63,994 nt of DNA, filler included, from Choristocarpus tenellus KU-1152 (GCA_964200185.2; 12 parts of 12 records of this genome joined end to end with filler, not necessarily neighbours in it); one strand, 5' to 3'; positions 37,999 through 51,866 are shown, counted from the first letter of the whole stretch. The notes: generated by a model not told the origin, from the sequence alone. Numbers and translations are program-made.

Positions 37999-40364
37999 NN
38001 NNNNNNNNNNNNNNNNNNNNNNNNNNNNNNNNNNNNNNNNNNTTAATTAATTAANNNNNNNNNNNNNNNNNNNNNNNNNNNNNNNNNNNNNNNNNNNNAT
38101 ACTCGCTCTATTCGCCTGGAACACCACTAGGGTTCAGGAATGGTTCCAAGTTGAAGAGTCAGAAGGTGTGGTTGAGGCCTTGACCCAGGACCTCAAGGAT
38201 GAGCTAGTGTAGCTATTACAAACACTGCAATTAAGGCTTACGTGTTTGAATAGTTTGTAGACCAGAGCATCACACAGGATGACAGTCTAAAATGGATCTC
38301 ATACTAAGTCACCCGCCATATTATGGAGAGCTCGCTTTAACACAAATTTGATGTTCATGTGTGACACGCTTCAAAGTATAAAGTTTGGTAAGTTATGATG
38401 TAAAAAATATTATAAACTCGAGTCTAACATACATAGGTAAAACTTGGTTTTCTACTCAGGAATGACATTGCGTCCACGCAACACTTTGTTCGCAGAACAG
38501 AACCACATTGTACAAGACTCATCAAACAACTTCTGTCTGCATCGAATGTCTCACAGGAAAACCACTCAAGTACTATATTTATCCCTCTCGTAGCAATGTG
38601 CAGGATCGATCTAATCTGCTCTCTTTCGCCTTTATTTCTTAAGAAAAAATGGTGCCTATTCAAAAAAAGGAATGGAGGAAGACTCACCCGTCCACTGCCA
38701 TCGTCATCATCACCATCATGAAACGTTCTACCCTTCATATGGGTACCAATTGTCTTATCATCTCCAACTTTATAACATACAATATTAGAAAAATAGAGGA
38801 CAGAATAATAAAAATATTTGAAAAATGTTTGAGGGATAATAATAAAAATAATATATATATATATTAGAACCTCCGTACTAGGAACTATGTGAGTTATATT
38901 GTTTGGGGTCATTTGTGACGGTCTCTTGTTTTTGCATGTTGGATATTCTCTATTATTATACTATTGTTGTATTGAGTATCCCATCTTCACAACTCTCAAG
39001 AATTCGCAGAAAAATTATCCCGAAATGTTCCTCAACCACATCTATAATTTTTCTCGAAGAATCTCATTGCAATGTATTTTCCTGCCTTTGGGGGTCTAGA
39101 ATAGAGGATCATGCACGACTCTTCGAATATAGTTTGGTTGTGTGGGAAAGCTGTGAAGATAGAGTGTTCTTGCGTATCAGGTGTAGTTTAGTGAAAAGCA
39201 AATCTAACGGAGACCGGAGGAATTCAACGCGATTGCTTGGAATTGAGACTGATTGGGAGGAAGGGTGAGATTTCTCCTATTTCCGCCCCATGTTACGGCA
39301 TGAGTAAATCGGCGAATGCAACGATGCTTCCACGAAGACGACTGAATGGTGAGAGACAGGATTTTTAGTCAAGCTAAAAGCTTTGTGTGAACTATGTATG
39401 CTGCGTTGTTTAATCAAGTTTATGAAATGTGAACCTTCCTCGTCACGTCTCTAGCATATACCACCTGTTGACTTTGTTTGAGGAGAGCGTTGTTGGCCTC
39501 GCATACTATGGTCATCCGATGTTGTCAAGCGTATTGTCAACATAGCCGTGATGTCCCGTTGTATACAACGGTGTAGAATCTCGATTCAAAGTCTTTGATA
39601 ATCTCGAAAATTATGATCTCGATTGAGATGCATTTAACTCCTTAGTTTTTTTCTGGTATCTAAGTCTGAAATGTTACGAGCTGGTTGTTCTACGTAGCTT
39701 GAAGAGATAGGGAAGACTATCACCTGCTAAGCCCATAGATAGGAATTACACTTTGTAGTTTATTTCTGCGATGATGAGAGAAAAAAGGATTTCGCTGTGC
39801 TGCTTCTGGAAGCAAAGTATGCCACATGTATATATCGAAATAAGCATAAGATATTTGCTGTGATGTTTCGCTGTGTGAGGCAAGGACGGGCGCTAAACAA
39901 ATTAGTGTTTGGGAGAAATTGATGTTTCTTTAGAATATCTCGTAATATACCCTCCACTCCTTAGACGACGGGGGCGAGAGGGCATTAATCGTTTCATTTC
40001 CAACTGCATTACACCCAGGCAACGTTGCACTCTTGATCACCAAATCATGCTTGCTACATACTTGAAGTAGTACGTCCTTCTCTTGCACCTCCACCTCATG
40101 CTTTTTGCTCCTTCTGACGTGCTTTCTCGCGTAACCTGTTAGATCGACTCGTGTAGTTCCGCCAAACCCTCTTCGGATCGCCTGGACATAGTGTTGCCAA
40201 TTTAGGATTCCGAGTTTCCTTCCCCGTCACCATGCTGAGTGTATATCTTAATTTATTTATCCCACGACCCCATCTGCATTTCCCGCCATCACCCAGCTGG
40301 GCCTCATGGACAGTCAGCCCCAAGCTTGAGCGCCAAACGTACTATCTGTTGGAGAAAGGGAGAG

Positions 40365-43203
40365 ATGGGAGTGGTCTGGGCTATTACAGCAACACTTGCA
40401 ACCATTTCTTGTGCTACTGCATCGCCAAATGAGTTGTGGTATTGGCAGGTTGGTACTGAGGCGACCGAGTGGATTTTTGCAACTGCCTTGGACTCTGCAG
40501 GGGATCTATTTGTTGGAGGTTACACAGAAGGTATTTTCAATGTGACCACCTCCGTACATGATGATGATGGTGTTGTGGATGAAGATTTTGTTGCCGTCAA
40601 GATCAATGGAACTACTGGAGAGACTCTTTGGCAGTGGCAAGATGGCACGATTGAAGCAGATATCGGTCAGGCTGCCGCTGTGGATTCTACAGGAAACTTC
40701 TTTCTTGCAGGAGACACCTACGATGATTGGGACGGGATCAATGCCGGAAAAATGGACTTTGCTGCTGTCAAACTTAACGGTCAGACTGGGAAGGAGATTT
40801 GGCGCTGGCAAGACGGCACCCTCTGGTATGATAGCATTTGGGGTGCTGGAATAGATCCAGAAGATGACCTGCTGTTAGGCGGTCACTCTTCATCATCGTT
40901 CAGTGGCACAAGCAAGGGGGATTTCGACTTCGTGTCAATCAAACTGAATGGAGAGACGGGGCTGGAGATGTGGAGATGGCAGAATGGTACTGAAGATGAG
41001 GACTGGATTAATGATGCTGCTGTAGACCAAGAAGGAAACATTTTCTTGACAGGATATACCTACGGTAGTTTAGGTGGTGTAAACAATGTTGGAAAATCCG
41101 ACTTTGTAGCCATGAAGCTTGACGGAGCATTAGGTATTGAACTATGGAACTGGCAGGCAGGGACAGTGTGGGAGGATAATATATTAAGTTGTGCTATAGA
41201 TCCTTATGGTGATGTCATCCTGGGTGGGCACACAACAGGAGTGTATAGCACCCTGCATGCTGGCGACCTCTACGACCTGGTGGCTATAAAGATTAATGGG
41301 GTGATGGGGAACGAAATCTGGCGCTGGCAACATGGTACTCTCACCATTGATTCAGTATTCACTGTTGATGTGGATCCTGCAGGGAATGTGTTACTTGGGG
41401 GGGATACATTTGGCGATTTTGGTGGCTCAAATGTTGGTTCTTACGATTTCTTGGCTGTGAAGCTAGATGGGAAGACAGGAGAGGAGATAGGAAGGTGGCA
41501 GGGAGGTACCCCGATGAACGATACGATACGTGCTGGTGTTGTTAACTCTGCAGGAGACTATCTCATGTCGGGTTACACAGAAGGAAGTTACGGAGGTAAA
41601 AATTCTGGATCCTGGGACATAATGGCAGTTAAGCTAGAGACTTCACGTCTTGGGTTAGATCCCACCCCTGCTCCCGTCATCATCACCACAGCTCCTGGAG
41701 CTGCCACTCCTAGTGAGGGTTTGGTTGTCACCTCTAGCCCCAGGACAGAGCCTGCATGGCCAACTACCATGCCTGCACAGACCTTGGGAAGCAAAGGTAG
41801 CAGCAGTTTTGAGTTGGATGCGGTAACGAAAGGTGTGGTGGTAGCAGCATGCCTGGCGTTTCTGTGCACTCTGGTTGGCTGGATAATGTGGCAGCGGGAT
41901 CGAAACAGGAGTCATGAGAGCAATAAGATAGAGGGCAACACAAGTGAGGAGACTGTGAGTAGTCCCAAAACGAAAGGGAATGGTACACTGCAACAGGGGA
42001 ATATGGATTCAGAAGAGGGCCAATGGACAAGCACAAATCCAGCCACAAATCCTCGAACACCAAACGCAGTTGCAGTGAGCGAGGATATTTATAGGCTTGA
42101 CGACAATCCTATAGTGAAGGATGTTGTAAACCCTATGGTGGTGACTGTTCAAGATCGGCAAGCTACTGCAGCTATGGTGGTGGAAGAAGGTAGAAGGGAT
42201 ACTGAGAGGACCCGCATGCAGATTGTCAGATTGGCCTCTAATGGACCTGGGATTGCTCTCTCTGCTCCACAATGCACTCCATTACCACATCAAAAGTTGC
42301 GTCCTTCATCTCTGAAGAGTAAAACTTCAGGCAGTGCAAGACCAAATCCTCCATGTCCGAAGGGCATACTTAAGAGCGACTCAAGCACTGGGTTACCCCC
42401 ACTGTCCAGGAGTGTCACAGACCCTGACAAGTTTGATTCCCAGTATGATTCAAAGTTTGACGAACATACCAGCAGCAAGGAAAGGCCTAAATCCCTTCGA
42501 AACACCCCCTTTGAAACAGCGGGAGCAGTGGCGGCAGCAGCAGTCACTGTCGCTGCGCATTCCAATATTCCTGGGGTTGCTGAGGCTGCTACTCTTGTGT
42601 CTGTGTTGGTGGGACTGGTGAGTGACTATCGTGGCAATGAGGAAAGCACCCAAGACACATATCGCTGGTGCAGATCAATTGTGGGCATGCTAGACTGTGC
42701 ACAAGGTTTCTTAGCGAAGGTGAGTGGAAACTGTTTGGGCTTCCCAGCCCTTGCACTCTTCTACGATCTCATTACAGCACAATGATAGTACGTGTGCCAT
42801 TTTACATTTTGATTTTTTTGCGTGTGCCTCATATTTAGTTTATTTCATTGCTCTAGGATGGCATTTATTGTATATTTCTGCTTGTCTTTGTGCATTAATG
42901 TATCAGTTGAGTCAACAATGTTTTAATCTCAGTTTCATATACTTCACCAGGAGAAAACCTCTATTGCTTAGTTCTTTGAAGAGATTTGTCACTTGAATTT
43001 TTGAAGTCCCCTTCAATATTATTATTTGATGTTTTAGCATGCCCTTGGAAAGAGATGACCGTCGAACAGCTGAAACTGATTTTGTGCAACCAAACTAATA
43101 GAAAAGTTTAATTCTTGATGCTGCTTTCTTCCTGCAGAACGATTGCCCGCACGCTCTGGCGCTTCTGGATGATGTACGTTTCTCCATAGCATCGTTGGTG
43201 TCG
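40365..43203 (+). CDS. Single-pass receptor-like protein: signal peptide, 7 SBBP-like beta-propeller repeats, P/T stalk, TM helix, cytoplasmic tail ending in an MLKL-N/STAND-N-like helical domain; 3' partial
   Basis: Exon 1 is 40365-42719 (ATG of MGVVWAITATLATISCATA to donor AAG|GTGAGT). Exon 2 is 43138-43203 (cctgcag|...|GTAAGT), encoding NDCPHALALLDDVRFSIASLVS. There are seven ~57-aa repeats E.WrWQ.GT...D.....avD..G...l.G.T.g.......G..Df.avKl.G.tG. TM helix GVVVAACLAFLCTLVGWIMW at ~41832-41891. Confidence 0.9.
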
Positions 43204-43443
43204 GTAAGTTAGACCTTTTCAATGCCCTACTCTGTCATCAAGTATGTATTTCACATCTGTGGCATTTATTGATTTGTTGCTACAAGTATTCTTTTCGATC
43301 TGTTTCAAGGGTCACTGCATGATGGATCAGATCAACACACACACACACAAAATATATTGTCATTTTGATAGTTGTTGCAAAACCCTGCTGAATCTGGAGC
43401 ATTTTTCTCTTTTTCTTAGGAAAGGGTCACATCTTTCTGTTGT

Positions 43444-43493
43444 CTGGATCAAAGTATCTCGGGGGGGGGGTCGGCGTCCGTTTTTCACCCTTT
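43444..43493. mobile_element. MITE family A left end (intronic), cut by the contig end
   Basis: ggatcaaagtatctcggggggggggtcggcgtccgtttttcaccc matches the left end of 23637-23814. Confidence 0.82.
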
Positions 43494-46359
43494 NNNNNNN
43501 NNNNNNNNNNNNNNNNNNNNNNNNNNNNNNNNNNNNNTTAATTAATTAANNNNNNNNNNNNNNNNNNNNNNNNNNNNNNNNNNNNNNNNNNNNACGGTAT
43601 AACGGTATATGGCATACCGCAATAATGGTATAATAACAGACAAACATGCTTTCCACATCACCCCCCCCTCTGATCGGCCTTGAAGCCATGTAAACATGAT
43701 CTAAGGTCAACCAAAAGGTGAGCTCTGAGAGCGAAATGGGAAACATGTATGATTGTTAGTATACATTGCACCATTGTATTACACGACTCCATTAACACAA
43801 TATGAAGTATACAATATAAACGAGGCTAACGATGTATATCTGATCAGGATAACATAGCCTAAAGGTTGATGTTGTGTGATCAGCACACCAATCAAGCTTA
43901 CGAACGAGGTCTGAGCGTATGGGATCAGCATATCAGTCAGCCTAAAGACGAGGCGAGAGTTATATCTGGCCAGCATATAGGTCTCTAGTATCTTGTACAA
44001 AACAAAGGATATACTCAGAATGGGGATACGAGGAGCAAACACTATACACGATATCAACAACACGATTTGACTAGTGTTTGTGATTCAACATTGCTGTAAG
44101 TGTTATACGATGATTTGATCACCACTCCGATGTGTGAAAACAACATCGCGTGTTACGCAATCAAATCAAATCAGCAAACGAAGAGATCAAATGTGTGCAC
44201 CCATTCTCCTTCCTCAATTCTGACTTCGATTGGAAATATTGCTCACGACAACAATATTCCAAGTGGACAACTCGGACAAACGTAACGAGGTTGGTGGCTC
44301 GACTCTCCTAAAACGATACGAGGTGGCTGTACGGTCATTACATCATGTCGGGGGTTCATGCCACACCTAAAAAATATATTTATGACTCACCTTAAGTCTC
44401 CATCTCTTACCTGGTGGTAGATTTGAGTCTTCTTTTTTTTCTGTGTGAGGATGGGGTTAGTCATTTCACGATGATCAATAAATCAATTTCATGAAAGCGT
44501 GACATGGTGTAATGAACAGCCACCTTTAGCATACACGAGCTAATATAATGTGCCCAGTGATAACGGTCTCTTCACCACCGCATGTGTCCACTCATATTAT
44601 TAGTGGACGAACGACGACGTTAGCTCCCAGAGGAATCCTCTCGTACCTTTTCGGGAACCCACCAAGGACCTCTTGGTACTCAATCTACTGCAGTGTCGCG
44701 TACAATGGTATCCTTAATAGATAAACGTCTCCAGTACGTAGCAGCGATGCAAGATTCGAAACTCACTCCACTATCCGCGAGAATCCCAACCGTTTCGGAC
44801 GCTGCAGAGTCGTCTTGAAGTTCCTCCATGGAGTCTGAAGCCCAGCGATCCATGTCATTCCAACTATAGACATAAGACATTCATTCCCAGCTCGATAATA
44901 TTCGCCATGACACCGACCATTCTACTAGTCAAATATCGACATATGCCCTGATATGCCACCCATGCAGAGTCCACACGAGAATGCTTGTCCAGGTACTCCT
45001 TGACACAGGTGTAGGTCTCATCTATTTTTGTGAAAATTGCTTACCACAGCTCAACATGGCAGGTAAAGGTACCTTAAGTGCAGCAAACTCCAGAGGGTGT
45101 AATATTCTACCAGTGCTGGTACTGAGGTCATGCAAACTTGTAATAGCGTTATCCCAGAGGAAAAAGTGCGCAATATGACTTTTAGGATAATGGTGGGGTT
45201 GCCATACGAAATTATTTTTTGGAGCACCATTTTGTAGACAACACTAGAGGGAACTGTCATTTAGAGAAGATCAATGCTCCCAACCATCACCACTGCCACC
45301 ATGGGTACCTTTTGTCAACGCTCCAACACCAAGATCGAGCAGTAACGATGTACCCTTGTAAGACCTTAGCAAATGGCATTGTAGTACAAAGGAAACTTCT
45401 AAGATGGATAGTTGTCAGACTAGGTAACTAAACAGAAGGAATGGGCAGCTTTACCTTACTACAGTTGGATGTTTATCATGCCTTCTAGGACCTTCACAAC
45501 CCTAACACAAGACAATGCCCAACTAGTGTTCCAACCCAAGAAATCTTGCCTCGATAGGATGTGTTACGTCTCTTCCCTATATGTACTAGTGTCAAACATT
45601 GTGAAAGGATGAAAGCGGAAGAGACCGTAGGACAGGGTCCAGTTTTGAGTTCAAGTCACCCCACTGGAGGGTATGGTTGAAGGATGGAGGTAAGGAGGAA
45701 TTCAGCAGGAGAGAGACGAGTGCCTTCTCCAGAAAACCTCCCAGCAGGTAACAACTGTATGCCTGAAGGACAAGGTGAAGTTCAGCCGGTACATGCTAGA
45801 ACAAGAGATTAAAGCAATGATAATCATAGTCACTGAAAGGAACAGCAAAAGTTGGAATGAAGAAGCTGCCCACATTTTACCACACAGTAATATACATCGG
45901 TTCTATGGGCTGAAGTCCTTAGAAAAGACAAACACTGAACTCACTACTTTTATTTTTATTTATTTATTTTCCTCTCTTCTATGTTGTAAAAACTCTCTGT
46001 GATCTTGATATATATATTTTTTATCTTCTATATCTCACTTCTGTTTTTCTAATGTTACTTATTTTTAGTTCTCATCCCATCACCCCCTGATATTAATTTT
46101 TCATTTTCTTTTCATAGTTGTTACTCTCCTTATTTACTGATTTTTTGTCTTCCATTTTTTTCCTTTTTACTTTTTGTGCTTTTATTTTATTTTATTTACT
46201 GTTCAGTTTCCACTTTGTTACCCTCATCATCTACACATTTTTTTTAATTTTCTATTTATTGCCCATTTTATTTTTATTTCTTCTCTTTATTCATTATTTG
46301 TACTGTTTGTTGCTCTCATTGACCCTTCTTTATTTTACTTTTATTTTTTCATGGCCTGT

Positions 46360-48335
46360 TTTGTACACTAGCAGCCTTGGGTATGCTTTGTGTTTGGGGG
46401 GCATAGGACAGGCAATAATCAGATGCTGTGTAGGTCATGAATAATATAAGTCTAATCCTTGATAGCACTTGCATTAATAAAACCGGGAAGATTGGAACGG
46501 AAGACGCATGAGTTGTATGCCCAATCAGAGCTATGTATTTGTAACTTTTGAAGGTCCAGTTCAAAAGAAACAAGTGTATACTTGGATTAGGGCATACAAT
46601 TTAATGGAGATTGCATTGTGTGACCTTAGGGGCACCTTGAAGGGAACGTGGATAAGTTAGTCACATTTGTAATTAGAGTGATTGGAACTGGGGACCCATT
46701 CATTTTTAGCCCATGTAAGAGATATATACTTTGTAAATTTTTGAGGTGTTTCAGAAAGAACAAATGTATACTGACTAGGCCAGGGGCAATCTGACTCTAA
46801 TGGTATTCTGTGACCCTTGGGAAAGTGTTTCCAGGTGAAACAAGGACATTTGCTGACCTGTTTTGAGGGTAGTTGGGGTTATATATATATTTTTAATAAA
46901 AGTATATACTCTTATCTATGTCAGGCATTTATTGATCTTGACTGTGCCTTACGACTTTTGAGGATCCGTTCTCAAAGGAAACAAGGGGATTGTTGATCAT
47001 TGTTAGAATCCATGGGTTAATTTGGAACTGGACTCCCTATGTTGGAGAAAACTGGCAGAGTCTGAACTGAAGCCCCTATGTTACCAAATGGCAATTATGC
47101 ATGCCACCGTAGCATGATCTAAGGTGATGGATATTTACTATCCAGATAATGATTATTGCCTGTGGAAAGCATGGAACAGGTAGTCCCTGCATGGAACATA
47201 GGATAGCAGAAGTCAGAAATATGAAGTAATCCACATAGGACCAGACAGTAATTTTCATAGGATGCTTTTTTTTTTTTCCTCATCTTCTTTATCTTTTATT
47301 TCATTTTGTTTTATTTATTATTTATTTTGGGCGCTGATGTTGATGTTATTGCCTATTTTGAGCACTAGCAGTCGTCAGTATGCTTCGTGCTGGGGGGTAT
47401 GAGGCAGGCAATAATCAGATGATACTCTGCACCTTAAGGAAGCTGTACTTTAGAAAGAGCAAAGGTATACTCAGATTAGGCTAGACGCAGACAGATTTCC
47501 CCAAGTAAGATAGCGATACATGCTTAGGCCTAGTAGGAGTTAGGAATACTTTTTGCTCTTCCTTCTCCCTGTTACAGGATGATCTGAGGCGATTGATGAT
47601 GTCTATTGTCTGCACCAGTGACAATCACTTGTAGTAAACGTTTCGATATAGGGTACATTCTTCTTTTATTTTATCGTTTTATATATTTTTTTCATTTTGT
47701 TATTCTGAAGTCCCAGCTCAAAAAGAACAGGTAAATTTAGGTTAGGCAGACACAATTTGAATAAGAGTACATCCTATGACCTTGTGGATGGACCCTTTTT
47801 AAAGAATTGTGGAGATGAATCACATTTATGACTAAGGTGATTGGAACTGGGGTCCCATTCATTCTAGGCCATGTCAGAGATGCATGTTTTGCAACTTTTG
47901 AAGATGTTTTAGAAAGAGCAAGTATATACTCAGACTAGCCGAGGTGCAAATTATATTCTGTGCCTCCTGGGATAATTATCCCAAGAAAAACATGGATATG
48001 TGCTGATCGATTCTGGACCTAGTCGAAGTTATATATTTTTTATATAGTATATACTCTGATAGCTCAGACATTTATTGATTCTGACTGTGTCTTAAGACTT
48101 TTGAAGAAATATTCTCAAAACGAAACTGGGAAATATGTCAATCATTTATTGGAAATATCTGGTTAATTTGGAACCGAGGTCCCTGTGTTGGAAACAACTG
48201 ACAAGTTTGGAACTGGAGCCCCTCTTTTTTTGCTTGATGGCAACCAACTCATGCTGCTACAGCGTGATCTGAGGTGATAGATGATATCTATTGTCTTAAC
48301 CGGTGACAATCGCCTGTGGTAAGCGTGAAACATGT
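46360..48335. repeat. Diverged tandem duplication with ~1.0-1.15 kb period
   Basis: 46549-47180 aligns with 47707-48335 (e.g. gtgattggaactggg..cccattcatt, ggttaatttggaac, gcatgatctaaggtgatg). 46365-46430 aligns with 47360-47425. Confidence 0.8.
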
Positions 48336-50199
48336 ATACCTAGTTCACGCTGGGGGGCATGTTACAGGCGAACAGCACGAGTATTCCTTCCCGCGCTTTA
48401 TCCGACGCGAGCAGTATACGCNNNNNNNNNNNNNNNNNNNNNNNNNNNNNNNNNNNNNNNNNNNNTTAATTAATTAANNNNNNNNNNNNNNNNNNNNNNN
48501 NNNNNNNNNNNNNNNNNNNNNCTTCCCGTAGCCTAAATCGACAAAGATCCGCCAGCAGTGGACCCCCAAGGGGCAGTGGGCACCATGCTTTTGCGGGGAG
48601 GGCCTCCCAGTCACCAGCTAGAGGGAAAGTACGACCTGAGGCAAGAGTGAAGGAGAGAGTGGGTGGGCACAACAGGAGCAATCGCTGGAGGGTTGCAATG
48701 GGGGCAGCCCAACGGAAAGCGGTAAATAAGCTAAGATTACTACAGGCATCCTACCCTCCTCCGAGTGGGCCTGATCATACGTGGCTAGGCGACCGTCAAC
48801 CCATACACAATAATTTGCAGTCTGGAACTATGTATAGCGGTGGAGATAAGTTAGGCAGACAAGTAGAAGAGGACGGAGAGGGGAAAGAAGAAGGGAGGGG
48901 ATGGAGATACGGGTTGGTCTTTGGGCTTAAGGATCTGGGCCTCCGCCTCAAGGTGTGTGAAGCTTTACCCCACCACCCTATGATAAATTGATTTGTCTGC
49001 CTGAGCGGCAATCCTGAAGAGTTTCGGAGGAGAGTTTTGGGGAAAGGACAACATAAATACTCTCTTGGCCCACGCTACATTGCTAGGTTATTCTCTCATT
49101 TCACCTGGAATGTTCAGTACAAGCCTTTTATGGGGTATTGATTTGTGCCGACCTAAACTGGGTGGTTCCTTCCATCTAGAGTTGCTAAGGGTTCTAATTA
49201 CAGCTTCTACAATAGATCATTCAGACTGGCGCCCTGCAATTTCCTATGAAGCATGCTATTGACTGATTACCCAGGATATACTTACGAAACTAGCATTAAC
49301 CTTCAAGTATCTTTATCTTCCTCCTGTCGCTTCTATGTCAAGCCTTAAATCTGCCACCTTCTCCTACGAGCTCCTCTACCTAAGCCTTCTCCGTACCCAT
49401 GTTCAGTCCTAACACCCAGCATGCTCTTCATCACCTCTTAACATAATCCTGAACGCCCCCCTTCTCCTAATGGTTGTCAATGACCACCAAGGTCTACTCT
49501 TTCCGATATGACTGCCACTATGAGTGTCAAGTTGTTGGGTACGATGAACGTCGGCGCATGCACCAGTGTCACTACGAAATCACAGGAGAAAGGCAATGGC
49601 ATGACCTATCCAGCAAGCAATACCAGGTGGTGGGGCAGAATGGGACAGTTCGAGAGACGGAGAGTGCACCAATAGCAGTGCGCCCCCTCCTTAATTCTCG
49701 CCCTCCACCTTATGACTCATTGGCATTGACGGAAATGACTTGAGATAGGGCCACTCCGATCATAAATAACAGCAGCTGTGAGAGTGCTAGCATGTGGACA
49801 GAGCTTGGTAGGACCTTAGAAGGACTTACTGTGGAGTAGATACTGTATTTTGTTGTTGTCTGGTTAGGAAATGCTGTGACACACTCTTGCCATTGTTAGT
49901 TGATAAATTGTGATGCAGTTAGCTCATTGTTCACGGTTGCCTTCCTTGATTTTCAGAATGTTGTGGGCATCCGTTGTCATATGAGGTTGGTGAAAGCCTT
50001 GTTGACACAAGCCCATGTACCGATGATTGAACAGCTATACACTCCTTTTTAGTTTTCTCAACTTTTGCAACACTGAGGCTTAGTCTTGGGTCTCTTCCAT
50101 GTCTTCCATTCTGAATCTCTGGGTGATGTAGAAATTGGGCGAAATAAAACACTTAATATATGTATCCCTGTGGTAGAAGTCTGTATGTACATCCTGGAC

Positions 50200-51095
50200 A
50201 CATTTTGCATATATTTCGCATCTATACTAGAAGAGCTCCTTTATAGGAGAACATGCTTTAAAAAGAAGGTACTGTGAGAGTTGTGAGCCATCCTATCTTA
50301 TAGGGGGGTCAATTTAGGACTTATTGAGGTCCAGTGGGGAGTACATTTTTTTCCCAATTTCTACTGCCAGTCCATCCTCATGTATGTTGCATCCTCACAA
50401 TTTCAATATTTTTGTCCATATCCTGATCGACACCACCTTTGCACAGATGTAGACTACCAAACATGTAGTTCCCCTTTCCTTCGCAGCACATCCCGCTTTG
50501 CATACTCCACCACATCGATGTCCCAGATACTACAGTCAAAAATTGGAACGAGGTCAACTAGGGTAGGGCAATGTTTGCAGGTTGAAACAATATGAGCATT
50601 GCGATCACCCATCCTGAGATTAGCGCTCATTGGTTGCAAAGACCACTTTTCATTGGAAAGCATATTGAAAAGGACGCAAGAAGAGGATGGTACAACAGGT
50701 GAACAAGTGCAGGGTATCTCCTCATTGCCATTCAAAAAAAGAGCTGGTGGGAGAGGAATAGTTATGCTGAGGTTTGTTTTTTTGGTGAGGCTCTTGAAAG
50801 GGGACTGAGTCGACAAGGCCTGCAACATGCTCTCATTAGAAACCAAGCAAATTTATTAACAAGAAAAAGAGCTAGTTTTGGACACTCTTTGAAGTGCACA
50901 TCAACTTGCCATCTAGAAGCATGCTATCAAAATACCACATTAAAGGAGAAATCATTCTATTCACACCATGTACAACATATGTACACATTTTACATATATA
51001 CTAGGAGAGCTCCTTCATAGGAGAATGTGCTTTAAAAAAAAGATACTGTGAGAGTTGTGACCCATCCTATCTTATAGGGGGGTCAAATTAAAACC
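50200..51095. repeat. ~120-bp direct repeat pair (~50200-50320 and ~50985-51095)
   Basis: tatacta.gagagctcctt.ataggagaa..tgctttaaaaa.aag.tactgtgagagttgtga.ccatcctatcttataggggggtcaa occurs twice. Confidence 0.85.
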
Positions 51096-51761
51096 CATTG
51101 AGCATCAAGGGCTTTTTGAGTGCCCTGACTGACACCCTATTTCCCAGCCCTAAATTGCAGTAAGCCACACCTAGGAGGCTGTGGCTGTGGAAGAGGAGCT
51201 GGATGTTTCTCCTCCCAAGCATGTAACCCCCAACTACAGTGAGTCAAAGTAAGCGAGAGGTAATCAGTTTTTAACTGTTTTGCATTTTAAGTCAGGTTTT
51301 CAACCTTACACAATTCACCCATATTTCTATGGATGAGGTGATAATTTTGATTTGAGAGCATTGATTTCTCTATAGTTTTGAGACTTTCCAACAGAATTCA
51401 GAAAACATCCTGTACATGCATTTGTACAAAAAAAGGGGCCAATTTCGAACATATTTATCATCTTCAAAATGCAGCTCTGGGCATCTCACGCTTACTTTGA
51501 CTCAGTACAGAAGTACAATCACCAGAAGGCAGCCTTAGCGGCCCCAAAAACTCACCATCACCCTCCTATTATGACAGGATAGCTCTTGTAAGGCAAGAGA
51601 AAATGAGATGATGTTGTTCCTCTTCACGAGATTTTTTTCAAGGCAGATGACCCTGAATTCAAGCACTTAAGTACTTTGCCAGCGAGGGATGTTCCCAAAT
51701 ACATTCAGTGCATACGGTCAGTTGGTAAAAAGGACTCAAGAATGGACCGTCCAGTACCGCG

Positions 51762-51866
51762 GTTGCTTTTACATTGTTCCCCTTCATCTCCTCAGTTGCT
51801 TTTACATTGTTCCCCTTCATCTCCTCAGTTGCTTTTACATTGTTCCTCTTCATCTCCTCAGTTGCT
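51762..51866. repeat. 33-bp minisatellite, 3.2 copies
   Basis: gttgcttttacattgttccccttcatctcctca x3. Confidence 0.95.

Noticed and set aside
40239-40364. N-terminal 42 aa and C-terminal VSGNCLGF...TAQ of the 848-aa ORF
   Set aside because: The ORF call starts at GTG, whereas the ATG at 40365 opens a signal peptide. The C-terminal tail is read-through past the GTGAGT donor at 42720.
45950-46444. Hydrophobic Phe/Leu/Ile ORFs resembling membrane proteins (also 20928-21206)
   Set aside because: Translations of T-rich low-complexity tracts within a non-coding repeat family.
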